Source: Rhodothermales bacterium (GTDB taxonomy: Bacteria; Bacteroidota; Rhodothermia; Rhodothermales; BA12). From it: a stretch of 64,000 nt of DNA. Under the pieces are notes generated by a model. It was not told the DNA's origin. It made no database searches and saw only the letters and a list, made by a program, of their open reading frames with translations. The stretch covers positions 23,844-87,843 of the forward strand of contig CAWHJN010000001.1 in the NCBI GenBank assembly GCA_963829705.1. The letters are read 5' to 3'. Made by a program: the position numbers and the translations under genes. Below are positions 24,815 to 34,792 of this stretch, piece by piece; position 1 is the first letter of the stretch; every line of letters starts with the position of its first letter.

Positions 24815-24888
24815 TGGCGTGGGAGAGACTTGAACTCTCGACCTTACGATTATGAGTCGTACGCTCTAACCAGCTGAGCTACCACGCC
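24815..24888 (-). tRNA. tRNA-Met (anticodon CAU; an elongator type, or possibly tRNA-Ile2)
   Basis: Manual cloverleaf: GGCGTGG TA GCTC AGCTGGTTA GAGC G TACGA CTCATAA TCGTA AGGTC GAGAG TTCAAGT CTCTC CCACGCC A. No encoded CCA. No initiator-type GGG/CCC anticodon stem. Confidence 0.9.
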
Positions 24889-25096
24889 GTGTGGCCGGGC
24901 AAGATACGGTTCTCTCTGGGGCAGGAGCAACGTGGCGGCGGTCTGCAAACCGTGAGCGATTGGCGAAGACGCGGCGCACACGCGGACGGGCACTGTCACC
25001 CCCGTGCGCTGAGATCGGGTGGCACCTGCGTGGGGGGAGGACGTTGGAGGGGACGAAGCAGCACGTCTCCCATCTCTACCCTCTAACCTCTCCTAC

Positions 25097-26239
25097 ATGA
25101 TCATCGGGCAGGAACGGGTTCTCGAAACCCTGCACCGCGCCATCGCCGCCGACCGGGTGGCGCACGCCTACCTCTTCCACGGCCCCGACGGCGTGGGCAA
25201 GCGAGCGGTGGGGCTGTACTTCGCGCAGGCGCTCTTGTGCGAAAAGGGCGGCCCCGCGCCCTGCGGTGTGTGTTCGAGTTGCACCCGGGCAGCGCGGCTG
25301 ATCCACCCGGATCTGCACGTGCTCTTCCCGTATCCCAACGACGTGACGGACGCCGACCTCGCCGAGCGGCGGGCACTCCTGGCGCAGAACCCGTATGCCG
25401 TCATCGACTTCGTGCGGCGACCCTCGCTCACCGACCCGGCAAAGACATCCAACAAGCAGGCGTTCTACTCGATTGCGCGCATCCACGAGGAGGTCCACCG
25501 CCCGATGAGCTTCAAGCCCGTCGAGGGCCGCTACAAAGTCTCGGTGATCGCCGACGCCGACGAGATGCGCGTCGAGGCAGCCAATGCATTCCTCAAAGTA
25601 TTGGAGGAGCCGACGCCGCAGACCGTCTTCATCCTCACCACCACGCGCCCCGATCGGCTGCTGCCGACGGTCGCGTCGCGCTGCCAGAAACTGCGCTTCG
25701 ATACGCTCGACGACGACGCCATCGCCGAGGCGCTCGTCGAGCGCGAGGGCGCCGACCCCACGCAGGCCCGCCTCGTCGCCCGCATGGCCGACGGCTCGTA
25801 CGCGCAGGCGCTCGACCTCATCGGGCACGACGATCTGATGGCGCAGCGCGGGCAGGTCGTCGCCTTTCTGCGCCACGCCTACGTAGGCGGGCCAGACGTG
25901 ACGCTCGATGTCGAAACCTTCAGCGCGTTGGGGCGCGAGCAGGCCAAGGCGCTCCTCGGGCTGCTGCTGCGCTGGACGCGCGACCTGCTGCTCTACCGCA
26001 CGCTCGGCGACGCAGCCCCGCTCGTCAACGTCGACCAGGCAGAATCCATCGCCCTGTTCTGTCGTAACCTGCCCGGTGCCGACCTCGAAGGCATGGCGCG
26101 GCTCGCCGAGGAAGCCCTCGATTTGCTCGAGCGCAACACGAGCGCCCGCCTCGTCTTCCAGGTGCTCGCGGCCCGCCTCCACGCGGCCATGCGCGGTTCC
26201 GCGCCCGTGCCGCTCTTCGTCCCTCTCGCTGACGCTTGA
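25097..26239 (+). CDS. holB: DNA polymerase III subunit delta'
   Basis: MIIGQERVLETLHRAIAADRVAHAYLFHGPDGVGKRAVGLYFAQALLCE, a Zn-module CGVCSSC, and NAFLKVLEEP...TTRPDRLLPTVASRCQ. Confidence 0.85.
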   Translation: MIIGQERVLETLHRAIAADRVAHAYLFHGPDGVGKRAVGLYFAQALLCEKGGPAPCGVCSSCTRAARLIHPDLHVLFPYPNDVTDADLAERRALLAQNPYAVIDFVRRPSLTDPAKTSNKQAFYSIARIHEEVHRPMSFKPVEGRYKVSVIADADEMRVEAANAFLKVLEEPTPQTVFILTTTRPDRLLPTVASRCQKLRFDTLDDDAIAEALVEREGADPTQARLVARMADGSYAQALDLIGHDDLMAQRGQVVAFLRHAYVGGPDVTLDVETFSALGREQAKALLGLLLRWTRDLLLYRTLGDAAPLVNVDQAESIALFCRNLPGADLEGMARLAEEALDLLERNTSARLVFQVLAARLHAAMRGSAPVPLFVPLADA

Positions 26240-26250
26240 TTTTCTCTGTT

Positions 26251-27249
26251 ATGGCCTGTGGTTCTGGTGGTTCTTGTGGTTCGGGTGGAGCAGGTGGATG
26301 CAGTTCGGGCGCGTGCGGCACGTCGGCGTGCCCGTCGCTGCAAGCCCACGACTGGCTCACGGACATGGGCATCACCTCGCCCACGCGTACCTTCGACGCC
26401 GTCGAGGTGCAGTTCAAGGGCGGCAGGAAGGCATTCTACCATGTCCCGCCCGACGTGGACGCGCATACAGGCGACCTCGTCATCGTCGAGGCCGACCGGG
26501 GCGTCGATTGCGGGCACGTACACCTGAGTGGCGAGATGGCGCGGCTGCGCTACAAATCCCACACGCCTGCCGAGGGTGAGCGCCTGCCCAACGTCATCCG
26601 GCGCGGCACGGCGGAGGACTGGGATCGGTGGGAGGACAACCGTAGCGGCGAGGGCGAGGCGTTCCAGCACTGCCGGGGGGCCATCGGCGCGCTGGATTTG
26701 CCGATGAAGCTCACCGATGCCGAGTGGCAGTTCGACCGCAAGAAGATCACGTTCTACTTTACCGCCGAGCAGCGCGTGGATTTCCGCCAGCTTGTGCGCG
26801 ACCTCGCGGGTCACTTCCGCACGCGCGTGGAGTTGCGCCAGATCGGTGCGCGCGACGGGGCGGCCCGCATCGGCGGCATCGGCTCATGCGGGCGCGAGCT
26901 GTGCTGCTCGACGTGGCTGACCGAGTTCAAGCCCGTCTCCACGCAGGCCGCCCGCGCTCAGCATCTGCCTTTGAATCCCACACGCCTCAGCGGGCAGTGC
27001 GGTCGCCTCAAGTGCTGCCTCAACTACGAATTGGAGCAGTACATGCGCGCGCTCAAAGAATTCCCGCGTTCGGGCACGGCGGTAAAGACCGACCACGGCA
27101 GCGGCCGCGTCACCCAGGTGGATATTTTCAAGCGCCTCGTATGGGTCGAGTACGAAGACAAAACGTGGACGGAATTCCGCGTCGAGGAAATCCAGTCGTT
27201 CATCGTCAAGAAATCCCCGCCCCGCCACAAACTGCCACCTGGTCAGTGA
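26251..27249 (+). CDS. PSP1 domain protein (YaaT/RicT-like)
   Basis: PSP1 core (DLVIVEADRGVDCGHV...KITFYFTAEQRVDFRQLVRDLAGHFRTRVELRQIGARD) and a Cys/Gly-rich N-terminus. Immediately follows holB, which is a conserved pairing. Confidence 0.85.
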   Translation: MACGSGGSCGSGGAGGCSSGACGTSACPSLQAHDWLTDMGITSPTRTFDAVEVQFKGGRKAFYHVPPDVDAHTGDLVIVEADRGVDCGHVHLSGEMARLRYKSHTPAEGERLPNVIRRGTAEDWDRWEDNRSGEGEAFQHCRGAIGALDLPMKLTDAEWQFDRKKITFYFTAEQRVDFRQLVRDLAGHFRTRVELRQIGARDGAARIGGIGSCGRELCCSTWLTEFKPVSTQAARAQHLPLNPTRLSGQCGRLKCCLNYELEQYMRALKEFPRSGTAVKTDHGSGRVTQVDIFKRLVWVEYEDKTWTEFRVEEIQSFIVKKSPPRHKLPPGQ

Positions 27250-27315
27250 GCTATAGTTGGTGAAGGCGAGGGTCGATGGGCGGCTCTGTACGCGCTCGTC
27301 ATCCTTCATCCCCAA

Positions 27316-27774
27316 TCATTCCATCGCGCAATCGTCGCGGCGGCGGGTGTCGAGGATCTGGAGGATCTTCCAGCCGTCGGCGGTGCGGACGAGGGTGAAC
27401 TGGTTGGTGCCGCAGTGGCTGAACGCGCCGTTGTAGTAAAAGCGGTAGGGCGTCCACGCCATCGCCATGGTGCCGTCCACACGCAGTTCTACGTCGTAGA
27501 GTTTCTCGTTGAGCGAACCTGCGGGCGCATCGGCCACGCTCGTTTTGAACGCCGCAAAGGGCGTCGTGATGACGACCGGCGTGCCGTCGGGCTGGATGGC
27601 CGTCGTCATCAGGCGGGCCTGCGGGTGCAGCGTGGCCGCGAGGCGGGTGCTGTCGGAGGCCAGCATCGCCTCGAAGAGTTCGGTGACCGTGGCCATCGGC
27701 TCATCGACCGCGTTCTGGGCAGACGTGGCCGGTGCGAGGGCGAGCAGGAGGGCAAAAAGAGCAGCGGGGCGCAT
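27316..27774 (-). CDS. NTF2-like/SnoaL-like fold secreted protein (tentative)
   Basis: C-terminal 152 aa of ORF 27316..29589(-). Signal peptide MRPAALFALLLALAPATSAQ and the pattern AMAWTPYRFYYNGAFSHCGTNQFTLVRTADGWKI. The rest of that ORF is antisense to ggt. Confidence 0.55.
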   Translation of the reverse strand: MRPAALFALLLALAPATSAQNAVDEPMATVTELFEAMLASDSTRLAATLHPQARLMTTAIQPDGTPVVITTPFAAFKTSVADAPAGSLNEKLYDVELRVDGTMAMAWTPYRFYYNGAFSHCGTNQFTLVRTADGWKILQILDTRRRDDCAME

Positions 27775-28023
27775 GGCGTGGAGAGGAGAAAAGGGCCCCT
27801 CTCTACGCGACGCGCCCGGCGGCGTTGCACTCTTCAGGGCAGCAACCCGAAAACCACCAGAACGACGAACGAAACGAAGCTGGCGACGACGCTCAGAAAC
27901 GTGATGGAGCGTGTGACGGGCGAATGGATGGAGCGAAGCATGGTCGTGTTTCTTACAGAGGGTAAGACTGACATATACTGTCCCTATCGTCCATCGAATC
28001 TCCGGGTTAAGCCTCTCTTCGCC

Positions 28024-29787
28024 ATGCGCTCCATCGCTCGTCTGTGTTGCCTCTCGCTGCTGCTGCTCTCGTTCACGCCCTTCGCGCCGTCCTCCCCCGA
28101 TCCCGTGCGCGGGCGCAACGGCATGGTCGTCTCTGCCCACGGCGAGGCCACGGCGGCCGGGCTCGAAGTGCTCAAGGCGGGTGGTAATGCCGTCGACGCC
28201 GCGGTGGCGACGGGCTTCGCCCTCGCTGTCACGTACCCCGTGGCGGGCAACATCGGCGGCGGCGGCTTTATGGTCATCCGCCAGCCCGACGGCACCGCGA
28301 CGACCTTCGACTACCGTGAGAAAGCACCGGGTGGCGCCTCGCGCGACATGTTTCTGGACGAAAACGGCGACTTCGTGCCGGACCGCTCGCAGCGGGGTTA
28401 CCTCGCCTCCGGCGTGCCCGGCTCCGTCGCGGGGATGCTCCAGGCGCACGCGAAGTACGGCTCCTTGCCGCTCGCCCAGGTCCTCGCCCCGGCCATCCGC
28501 CTGGCCGACGAAGGCTTCGTGCTCGGCTACCGGCAGGCGCAGCGCTTCAACGGCTACCGCGGCGCGTTCGCGCCTTTCCCCTCGACGCTCAAATACTTCG
28601 CCCCCGCCGACACGTCGCTGCGCTGGCAAGAAGGCCAGCGTTTCGTCCAGAAAGACCTCGCCAAGGTGCTGCGCCGCATCGTGGACAAAGGCCGCGACGG
28701 GTTTTACAAGGGCGAGACGGCTACCCTCATCGCCGCCGAGATGCAGCGCGGCGGCGGGCTCATCACGCTCGAAGACCTCGCCGCGTACGAGGCCGTCGAG
28801 CGCGCGCCCATCATCGGTTCGTACCGGGGCCGCCGCGTGATCACGATGGGGCCGCCGTCGTCGGGAGGCGTGGCGCTGCTCCAGATGCTGAACGCCGTCG
28901 AGCCCTACGACATCCGGGCAATGGGGTGGAACGGCAGCGAAACCGTCCACCTCATGGGCGAGGCCATGCGCCGCGCCTACGCCGACCGTGCCGAATTCCT
29001 CGGCGACCCCGACTATTTCCCCGTTCCCGTCACCGCGCTCGTCTCGAAAGCGTACACAGACGAGCGGATGCACGATTTCAATCCGTACCGGGCCGACACC
29101 AGCGCCCGCCTCGACCACGGCGACCCGTACGCGGGCGAATCCACCGAGACGACGCATTACTCCGTCGTGGATAAAGACGGCCAGGCCGTCAGCGTGACGA
29201 CGACCATCAACGGCGGCTTCGGCTCGATGGTAGTGGTGGACGGCGCGGGCTTTTTCCTCAACAACGAGATGGACGACTTCTCGGCCAAGCCCGGCGTGCC
29301 CAACATGTTCGGGCTCGTCGGCAACGAGGCCAACAGCATCGCGCCCGGCAAGCGGATGCTCTCGTCGATGACGCCCACCATCGTCGACGACCCCGAGGGG
29401 CGGCTGTTCATGGTCATCGGCACGCCCGGCGGCTCGACCATCATCACGACGGTGTTCCAGAACATCCTCAACGTCGTCGATCACGGCATGGACATTCAGC
29501 AGGCCGTGGACGCGCCGCGTATCCACCACCAGTGGCTGCCCGACGTGCTCAGCGCCGAACCTTTCGCCCTCGGCCCGGACGCCATCCACAACCTGCGGTT
29601 GCGCGGCTGGAACGTGCCCACGCCGCGCGGCACCTGGGGCCAGGCCGACGGCATCGTCGTCGTCTACGACCGCGACAGGGGCCAGATCGACCCGTCGGGG
29701 CTGGACAAACTGGAGGGCGACGCCGTCACGCGCCTCTACCTCGGCGGCGCCGACACACGGGGCGAGAACGTGGCGATGGGGTACTGA
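28024..29787 (+). CDS. ggt: Gamma-glutamyltransferase
   Basis: Signal peptide, then GMVVSAHGEATAAGLEVLKAGGNAVDAAVA, the autoprocessing/nucleophile site ESTETTHYSVVD, and GTPGGSTIITTVFQ. Confidence 0.9.
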   Translation: MRSIARLCCLSLLLLSFTPFAPSSPDPVRGRNGMVVSAHGEATAAGLEVLKAGGNAVDAAVATGFALAVTYPVAGNIGGGGFMVIRQPDGTATTFDYREKAPGGASRDMFLDENGDFVPDRSQRGYLASGVPGSVAGMLQAHAKYGSLPLAQVLAPAIRLADEGFVLGYRQAQRFNGYRGAFAPFPSTLKYFAPADTSLRWQEGQRFVQKDLAKVLRRIVDKGRDGFYKGETATLIAAEMQRGGGLITLEDLAAYEAVERAPIIGSYRGRRVITMGPPSSGGVALLQMLNAVEPYDIRAMGWNGSETVHLMGEAMRRAYADRAEFLGDPDYFPVPVTALVSKAYTDERMHDFNPYRADTSARLDHGDPYAGESTETTHYSVVDKDGQAVSVTTTINGGFGSMVVVDGAGFFLNNEMDDFSAKPGVPNMFGLVGNEANSIAPGKRMLSSMTPTIVDDPEGRLFMVIGTPGGSTIITTVFQNILNVVDHGMDIQQAVDAPRIHHQWLPDVLSAEPFALGPDAIHNLRLRGWNVPTPRGTWGQADGIVVVYDRDRGQIDPSGLDKLEGDAVTRLYLGGADTRGENVAMGY

Positions 29788-29838
29788 GACAAATGGACCT
29801 GACGGGTTTCGAAAGCCGTCAGGTCTGTGCAGCGAACA

Positions 29839-31338
29839 TCACCCCCACTCGTTTTCCTCTTTCTGCATCCCCAGCACCACGGGCACGGGGTATTCGCCCG
29901 AGAAGCAGGCGTTGCACATCGTGCCCTCGCAGGCGCTGTTGGCCTTGCTGACGGCGTCCATCATGCCGTCGATGGAGAGGTAGGCGAGCGAGTCCACGCC
30001 CAGCCAGGCGGCCATCTCGTCGAGGGATTCGAACTGGTTGACGAGCAGTTCTTCCTTGCTCGGGAAGTCCATCCCGTAGAAACAGGGCGACATCACGGGC
30101 GGCGAGGCGACGCGGAAATGCACCTCGCTGGCTCCAGCTTCGCGCACCATCTTGACGAGCTGGCGCGCCGTGGTGCCGCGCACGACGGAATCGTCCACCA
30201 TCACGACGATGCGGTCTTTGATGACCCCCTCGACGGTGTTGAACTTGGTGCGGACCTTCAACTCGCGCTTGTCCTGACCGGGCGAGATAAAGGTGCGTCC
30301 GACGTAGTGGTTGCGGATCAGCCCGATCTCGAACTTGCACGGAAACCCGATCTTGTTGCACTCCGACACGTAGCCGAGCGTGGCCGTGTTGGACGAGTCG
30401 GGCACGGCGATGACGATGGGCGGCTTCTGGTTTTTCTTGACCTTGGGCACGGGCGCGTCGTGCGCGAGCGCCTTGCCGATCTTGCGGCGCACCTTGTCCA
30501 CCATCTCGCCGAAGACTTTGGAGTCGGGCCGGGAGAAGTAGACGTACTCGAACACGCACTGGCTCGTGCCGAAGCGACGGGCGAGCGTGAACGACTCGAA
30601 ATCGCCGCTCGCCACGCCGTCGCGGTCGATGACGAGCACTTCGCCCGGTGCCACGTCGCGCAGGTATTCCGCGCCGATGAGGTCGAAGGCGCACGTTTCC
30701 GAGGCGATGCAGTAGGCGAACGTGCCGTCGCGGTTGGGGCGGCGGCCCAGCGCGAGCGGGCGGAAGCCGTTGGGGTCGCGCACGGCGATGAGCGCGTCGT
30801 CGGTGAGGATGACGAGGCAGAAGGCCCCTTCGACCTGCGAGAGCGCGTCGAGCACCTGGTCGATGCGCTTGTCGCGGCGGCTCTGCGCGATGAGGTGGAG
30901 GATGAGTTCGGAGTCGCTCGTCGTCTGGAACAGCGTGCCGCGCTCCTGGAACGCCCGCCTGAGTTCGCGCGCGTTCGAGATGTTGCCGTTGTGCGCGAGT
31001 GCAACGTTGCCCGTACGGTCGTGGACGACGAACGGCTGGATGTTGGCGCTGTTGTCCGACGAACCCGTTGTGGAGTACCGGTTGTGGCCGATGCCGCTGT
31101 CGCCGAGGAGTTTCTCGGTAAAGAGCGACTGGTCGCGGAAGACGTCGAGCACGAGGCCGTCGCCTTTGTGGAGCGGCATCACGGCCCGGCCTTTGGCCTC
31201 GTCGAACGTCGCCGTCACGATGCCCGCCGACTCCTGCCCTCGGTGCTGGAGCGCGTGCAGGCCATAGTAGGTCGTCTGCGCGGCATCGGGGGCGTTGTAG
31301 ATGCCGAAGATGCCGCAATACTCCCGAATCTGACGCAT
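29839..31338 (-). CDS. purF: Amidophosphoribosyltransferase
   Basis: MRQIREYCGIFGIY (propeptide + Cys nucleophile), LQHRGQESAGI, the PRPP loop VVMVDDSVVRGTT and C-terminal Fe-S cysteines. Confidence 0.95.
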   Translation of the reverse strand: MRQIREYCGIFGIYNAPDAAQTTYYGLHALQHRGQESAGIVTATFDEAKGRAVMPLHKGDGLVLDVFRDQSLFTEKLLGDSGIGHNRYSTTGSSDNSANIQPFVVHDRTGNVALAHNGNISNARELRRAFQERGTLFQTTSDSELILHLIAQSRRDKRIDQVLDALSQVEGAFCLVILTDDALIAVRDPNGFRPLALGRRPNRDGTFAYCIASETCAFDLIGAEYLRDVAPGEVLVIDRDGVASGDFESFTLARRFGTSQCVFEYVYFSRPDSKVFGEMVDKVRRKIGKALAHDAPVPKVKKNQKPPIVIAVPDSSNTATLGYVSECNKIGFPCKFEIGLIRNHYVGRTFISPGQDKRELKVRTKFNTVEGVIKDRIVVMVDDSVVRGTTARQLVKMVREAGASEVHFRVASPPVMSPCFYGMDFPSKEELLVNQFESLDEMAAWLGVDSLAYLSIDGMMDAVSKANSACEGTMCNACFSGEYPVPVVLGMQKEENEWG

Positions 31339-31350
31339 GAAAAAGCCGTG

Positions 31351-31812
31351 TTAGAGCGCGATGAGAAGAGAAGCGCAGGCGATTCCCGCGGCGTCCCAGA
31401 CGAGGTCCTTGTAGCTGAAGCCGGTTCCGCCGGGGCGGCTGTCGCGCAGCTCTTTGGCGAGCCCGATGCCCGCGCTGATGCCGATGGAGGCGGGCAGCGC
31501 GTTCGTTTCCGAGACGTCGGCTTTGTTCACCAGCGTGTACTGGCTACCGACGGTGAAAAGAAAGCTGAACGTGACGTGCTGCACCTTGTCGAAGCCGAAC
31601 CAGGAATCTCGTCGAGGCAACGGCGTGGCGCGAGCGGGTGTTCTGTGAAAAGCCGCCGCGCCCGGCACGAGGTCGGGCACCTCGGCCAGTGCCTGCACGC
31701 GCTGCGCGGGCGACTGGGCACGCGCAAGGCCCGCGTGCAGCGCAAAGGCGAGCGCGAGCAGGAAAAGGCTACGCCTCAAAAAGCTTCCACAGTGCATAGA
31801 TGGCCCCTCCAA
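31351..31812 (-). CDS. DUF2279/YfiM-like protein (tentative)
   Basis: Signal peptide, DKVQHVTFSF...GLAKELRDS...FSYKDLVWDAAGI. The start is uncertain because the ORF overlaps the upstream gene by 44 nt. Confidence 0.5.
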   Translation of the reverse strand: MEGPSMHCGSFLRRSLFLLALAFALHAGLARAQSPAQRVQALAEVPDLVPGAAAFHRTPARATPLPRRDSWFGFDKVQHVTFSFLFTVGSQYTLVNKADVSETNALPASIGISAGIGLAKELRDSRPGGTGFSYKDLVWDAAGIACASLLIAL

Positions 31813-32155
31813 ACAGAATGAACCCGGCGATGAGCAGCACGACGATCCCGCTCACGGGCGGCTTGACGTAGCGCACCGACACGTTCTGCGCGGCGTCGCC
31901 CGCGGCGAGGCGCACCACACCTGCCGTGCTGGGCGTCCACGTGTACGTCGCGGCGCCCTGCGTCAGCACCAGGTCGGTGTGCGAGATGGCAGCGCTGGGG
32001 CGGTAGACGACGCGGAGCGTGTCGGGCGTGGGGGTGGGCAGCGTCACCTCGATGGGCTGGCCGCGCACGACGAGCGCGCCGTCGGGCAGGAACTGCGCGC
32101 GGGCCGCCAGCGCCGGCAGCGCCATCAGGCACGCGAGGGCAAAGAGGAAACGCAT
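31769..32155 (-). CDS. Hypothetical secreted protein with a C-terminal TM anchor
   Basis: Signal peptide MRFLFALACLMALPALAARAQ and a C-terminal helix GIVVLLIAGFILFGGAIYALW. No motif recognised. Confidence 0.45.
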   Translation of the reverse strand: MRFLFALACLMALPALAARAQFLPDGALVVRGQPIEVTLPTPTPDTLRVVYRPSAAISHTDLVLTQGAATYTWTPSTAGVVRLAAGDAAQNVSVRYVKPPVSGIVVLLIAGFILFGGAIYALWKLFEA

Positions 32156-32157
32156 GG

Positions 32158-33753
32158 TCAGGCAGGGGTGTCGGTGGAGCGGTGGCGGAAGGGCAGCGAA
32201 TCGAGTTCCACGGAGGGGTAATCGCGCTTAAACGTCAGGTAGGCGGCAAAGCCCAGGGTACCCGCGAGCCACACGAACGGAATGACGTACGGAATCCAGT
32301 TGTAGCCGCCGAGATCGACGCCCGACCCGTAGAGTGGCGAGGTGAATTCGTCCACCAGGCTCCACACCAGCACGGTGGCAAGCAGGCCCGGCGCGACGAA
32401 CTTGATGAGCCCGTTGAACCATGGGCCGAGGTGAAACTTCGAGTGCTCGTTGACGGCGCGGCGGAGCTTGTCGGCCCCCAGCACCCATCCCACCATGATG
32501 CATTCGAGCAGCCCGACGGTGAGCAGGCTGTACTTGAACGCCCAGTGGTCCATGACGTCGAGCAAACTGAGGCCGAGCGTGCCGTTGCCGTTGAGGCCCG
32601 GGTCGATGATGGTGGGGAGCGTGTAGCCGATCGAACCGATGACGCCGGGCACGAGGATCAGCGCCAGCGCCTTGCCGCGCGAGATGTTCAGCTTGTCGAT
32701 GAGCGCCGAGGCGGGGCTTTCGATGAGCGAGATCGACGAGGTCAGGCCCGCGATGACGATGAGGAAGAAGAAAAAGAAACCGAACACCTTCACGCCCCAC
32801 GGAAACTCCGCCAGTCCCTCGGGGATGACGAAGAACGACAGCGACAGCGTGGTGCCCGCCGGGTTGAGTGAGAACGCGAACAGGAGCGCGAAGATGGCGA
32901 TGCCCGCCAGGTACTCAAAGCCGCAGTTCATGAAGGACACCAGCAGCGAGTTGTTGACCTGGTCGGCGTCTTTGGGCAGGTACGAGGCGTAGGCCGTCAT
33001 CGTGCCGAGGCCGAGCGAGAGGGAGAAGAACATCTGCGCGAACGCGCCCGTCCACACCTGCGGGTCGGCGATGGCCTCGAAGTCGGGCGTGAAGAGGTAG
33101 AGCACGCCGTCGGTGCCACCGGGCAGCGTAAGCCCGCGCACGATGAGCACAATCATGAACACCCACATCAGCGGCACGAACACGCGCACCGCCGCCTCGA
33201 TGGTTTTGGTGCCCTTGTTGAGAATGAGGATGTTGAGCGCCCAGATGACGACCACGCACAGCATGGGCCACCACGTGGTGATGAGGTTGAAGAAGTAGAT
33301 CATCGCGCTCGGGTCGTCGGGCGCGGTGGGCGTCATAAAGGGCGTGAAGGGTGCCGCCGCGCTACCCTCGAAGAGGCTGCCCAGCGCGCCGAACATCATG
33401 CCCAGCGCCCAGCCGAGGATGGCGATGTAGTACATCGTGATAAAGCCCGCCGCGGCGATGCTCCACCAGCCCACGAACTCGGCCCTGCGCCCGCCGATGC
33501 GGTAGAGCGCCTCGGGAAACGAGCGCCGCGTCATCGTGCCCAGCCCGAACTCCATGATCATCACGGGGATGCCGAGGGCGAAGAGGGCGAAAAAGTAGGG
33601 CAGGTAAAATGCGCCGCCACCGAACTGGTAGGCGTTCGAGGCGAAGAACACGATGTTGCCCAGCCCGATGGCGGAGCCTGACGCGGCAAGGATGAACCCG
33701 AGCTTCGAGTTCCACGCGCCGCGCTCGGAGGCGGGAGAGACGTCTGAGGCCAA
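32158..33753 (-). CDS. Sodium-dependent transporter, neurotransmitter:sodium symporter (SNF/NSS) family
   Basis: WNSKLGFILAASGSAIGLGNIVFF...YLPYFFALFALGIPVMIMEFGLG, with about 12 TM segments. Confidence 0.9.
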   Translation of the reverse strand: MASDVSPASERGAWNSKLGFILAASGSAIGLGNIVFFASNAYQFGGGAFYLPYFFALFALGIPVMIMEFGLGTMTRRSFPEALYRIGGRRAEFVGWWSIAAAGFITMYYIAILGWALGMMFGALGSLFEGSAAAPFTPFMTPTAPDDPSAMIYFFNLITTWWPMLCVVVIWALNILILNKGTKTIEAAVRVFVPLMWVFMIVLIVRGLTLPGGTDGVLYLFTPDFEAIADPQVWTGAFAQMFFSLSLGLGTMTAYASYLPKDADQVNNSLLVSFMNCGFEYLAGIAIFALLFAFSLNPAGTTLSLSFFVIPEGLAEFPWGVKVFGFFFFFLIVIAGLTSSISLIESPASALIDKLNISRGKALALILVPGVIGSIGYTLPTIIDPGLNGNGTLGLSLLDVMDHWAFKYSLLTVGLLECIMVGWVLGADKLRRAVNEHSKFHLGPWFNGLIKFVAPGLLATVLVWSLVDEFTSPLYGSGVDLGGYNWIPYVIPFVWLAGTLGFAAYLTFKRDYPSVELDSLPFRHRSTDTPA

Positions 33754-33979
33754 AGCAGTAAAAGGTGGCGGGTGATAGGAGAGGTGAAGGGCAAGTTAAG
33801 GCATCGCGTCCACTCCACCGGGGCGGGCGTAAACACTCTGTTGCACGTGCATCGTTCACGGTACAACCCGGCGCGTGGCGTGGCGTGCCGAAACACCCCG
33901 GCAGGGTTAGACGATGCAAGCGCCGTATTCCACGAGCGGACTACTCTGTGGATTTTCCTCCCAAACACCACGCTTTCAC

Positions 33980-34792
33980 ATGCGATTCTCCCTACTTCTC
34001 CTCCTCGCACTCGTGTGCGTTCTTCCCGCCACCGCGCAGCGCACCATCATCGAAACCGACCGGCCCGGACAGGTGCCGTCTCCTTACACCGTGCCGCAGG
34101 GCGTCCTTCAGGCCGAACTCGGTGCGCTTAACGGTCTGTACACCGAAGACAGCGGCAACACCTCGACGGTCTTCAACTTCCCGCTCTCGCTGCGCTTCGG
34201 TCTCACCGACGGCATCGAGGCGCGGGTGTCTTCCAATGTCTACCAGTTCAACTCCGTCGAAAACGCTGCCGGTGTCAAGATGAACAGCGACGGTTTCGCG
34301 GACATCGTGGCGGGCATCAAGTACACGATCCCGGCAGGCACGCGCGTCAACGTCGTCGTCATTCCCGAGGTCATCATCCCCGTGGCTGAGGATCAGGGGC
34401 GCGATCCGCGTCTCCACACGAACGAGGTCGGATTCCGGGGCAACTTCGTGGCTCGTTTCGACCTCGGCGCGAGCCCGCTCGAACTGAGTACGCTCATCGG
34501 CACCGACGTGTTGAAGCAGTTCGCGACCACCGGCACGGGCACCAAGTACTACGCCTACGCCAACCTCGCCGCGCGCCTTGCGGGCGACCTCAACGAGAAG
34601 GCCAAGCTGTTCGGCGAGATCGGCGTGTACCCGCAGATCATCGACTTCAACAACCGCTACGCCGTCGTGAGCGCGGGCGCGAAAATCCTCGCCGCCGACA
34701 ACGTCTCGTTCGACGTCTTCGGTGGGCGTGCCTTCGCCAAGTCGGCCCCGTACGACTGGACGTTCGGTCTCGGCGTCTCGACACGCTTCTGA
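33980..34792 (+). CDS. Outer-membrane beta-barrel protein (MetA-pathway/transporter-like family, tentative)
   Basis: Signal peptide MRFSLLLLLALVCVLPATAQ, ETDRPGQVPSPYTVPQGVLQAELG, alternating beta-strand pattern and a C-terminal aromatic residue (...GVSTRF). Confidence 0.6.
   Translation: MRFSLLLLLALVCVLPATAQRTIIETDRPGQVPSPYTVPQGVLQAELGALNGLYTEDSGNTSTVFNFPLSLRFGLTDGIEARVSSNVYQFNSVENAAGVKMNSDGFADIVAGIKYTIPAGTRVNVVVIPEVIIPVAEDQGRDPRLHTNEVGFRGNFVARFDLGASPLELSTLIGTDVLKQFATTGTGTKYYAYANLAARLAGDLNEKAKLFGEIGVYPQIIDFNNRYAVVSAGAKILAADNVSFDVFGGRAFAKSAPYDWTFGLGVSTRF

Noticed and set aside
27775-29589. N-terminal 600 aa of ORF 27316..29589(-)
   Set aside because: This part is antisense to ggt. Only the last 152 codons, which start with a signal peptide at 27774, look like a real protein.
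29796-29825. 10-bp hairpin GACCTGACGG...CCGTCAGGTC between convergent ggt and purF, considered as a bidirectional terminator
   Set aside because: It is plausibly a terminator, but it lacks a U-tract on either strand. It was left unannotated as a feature for lack of support.
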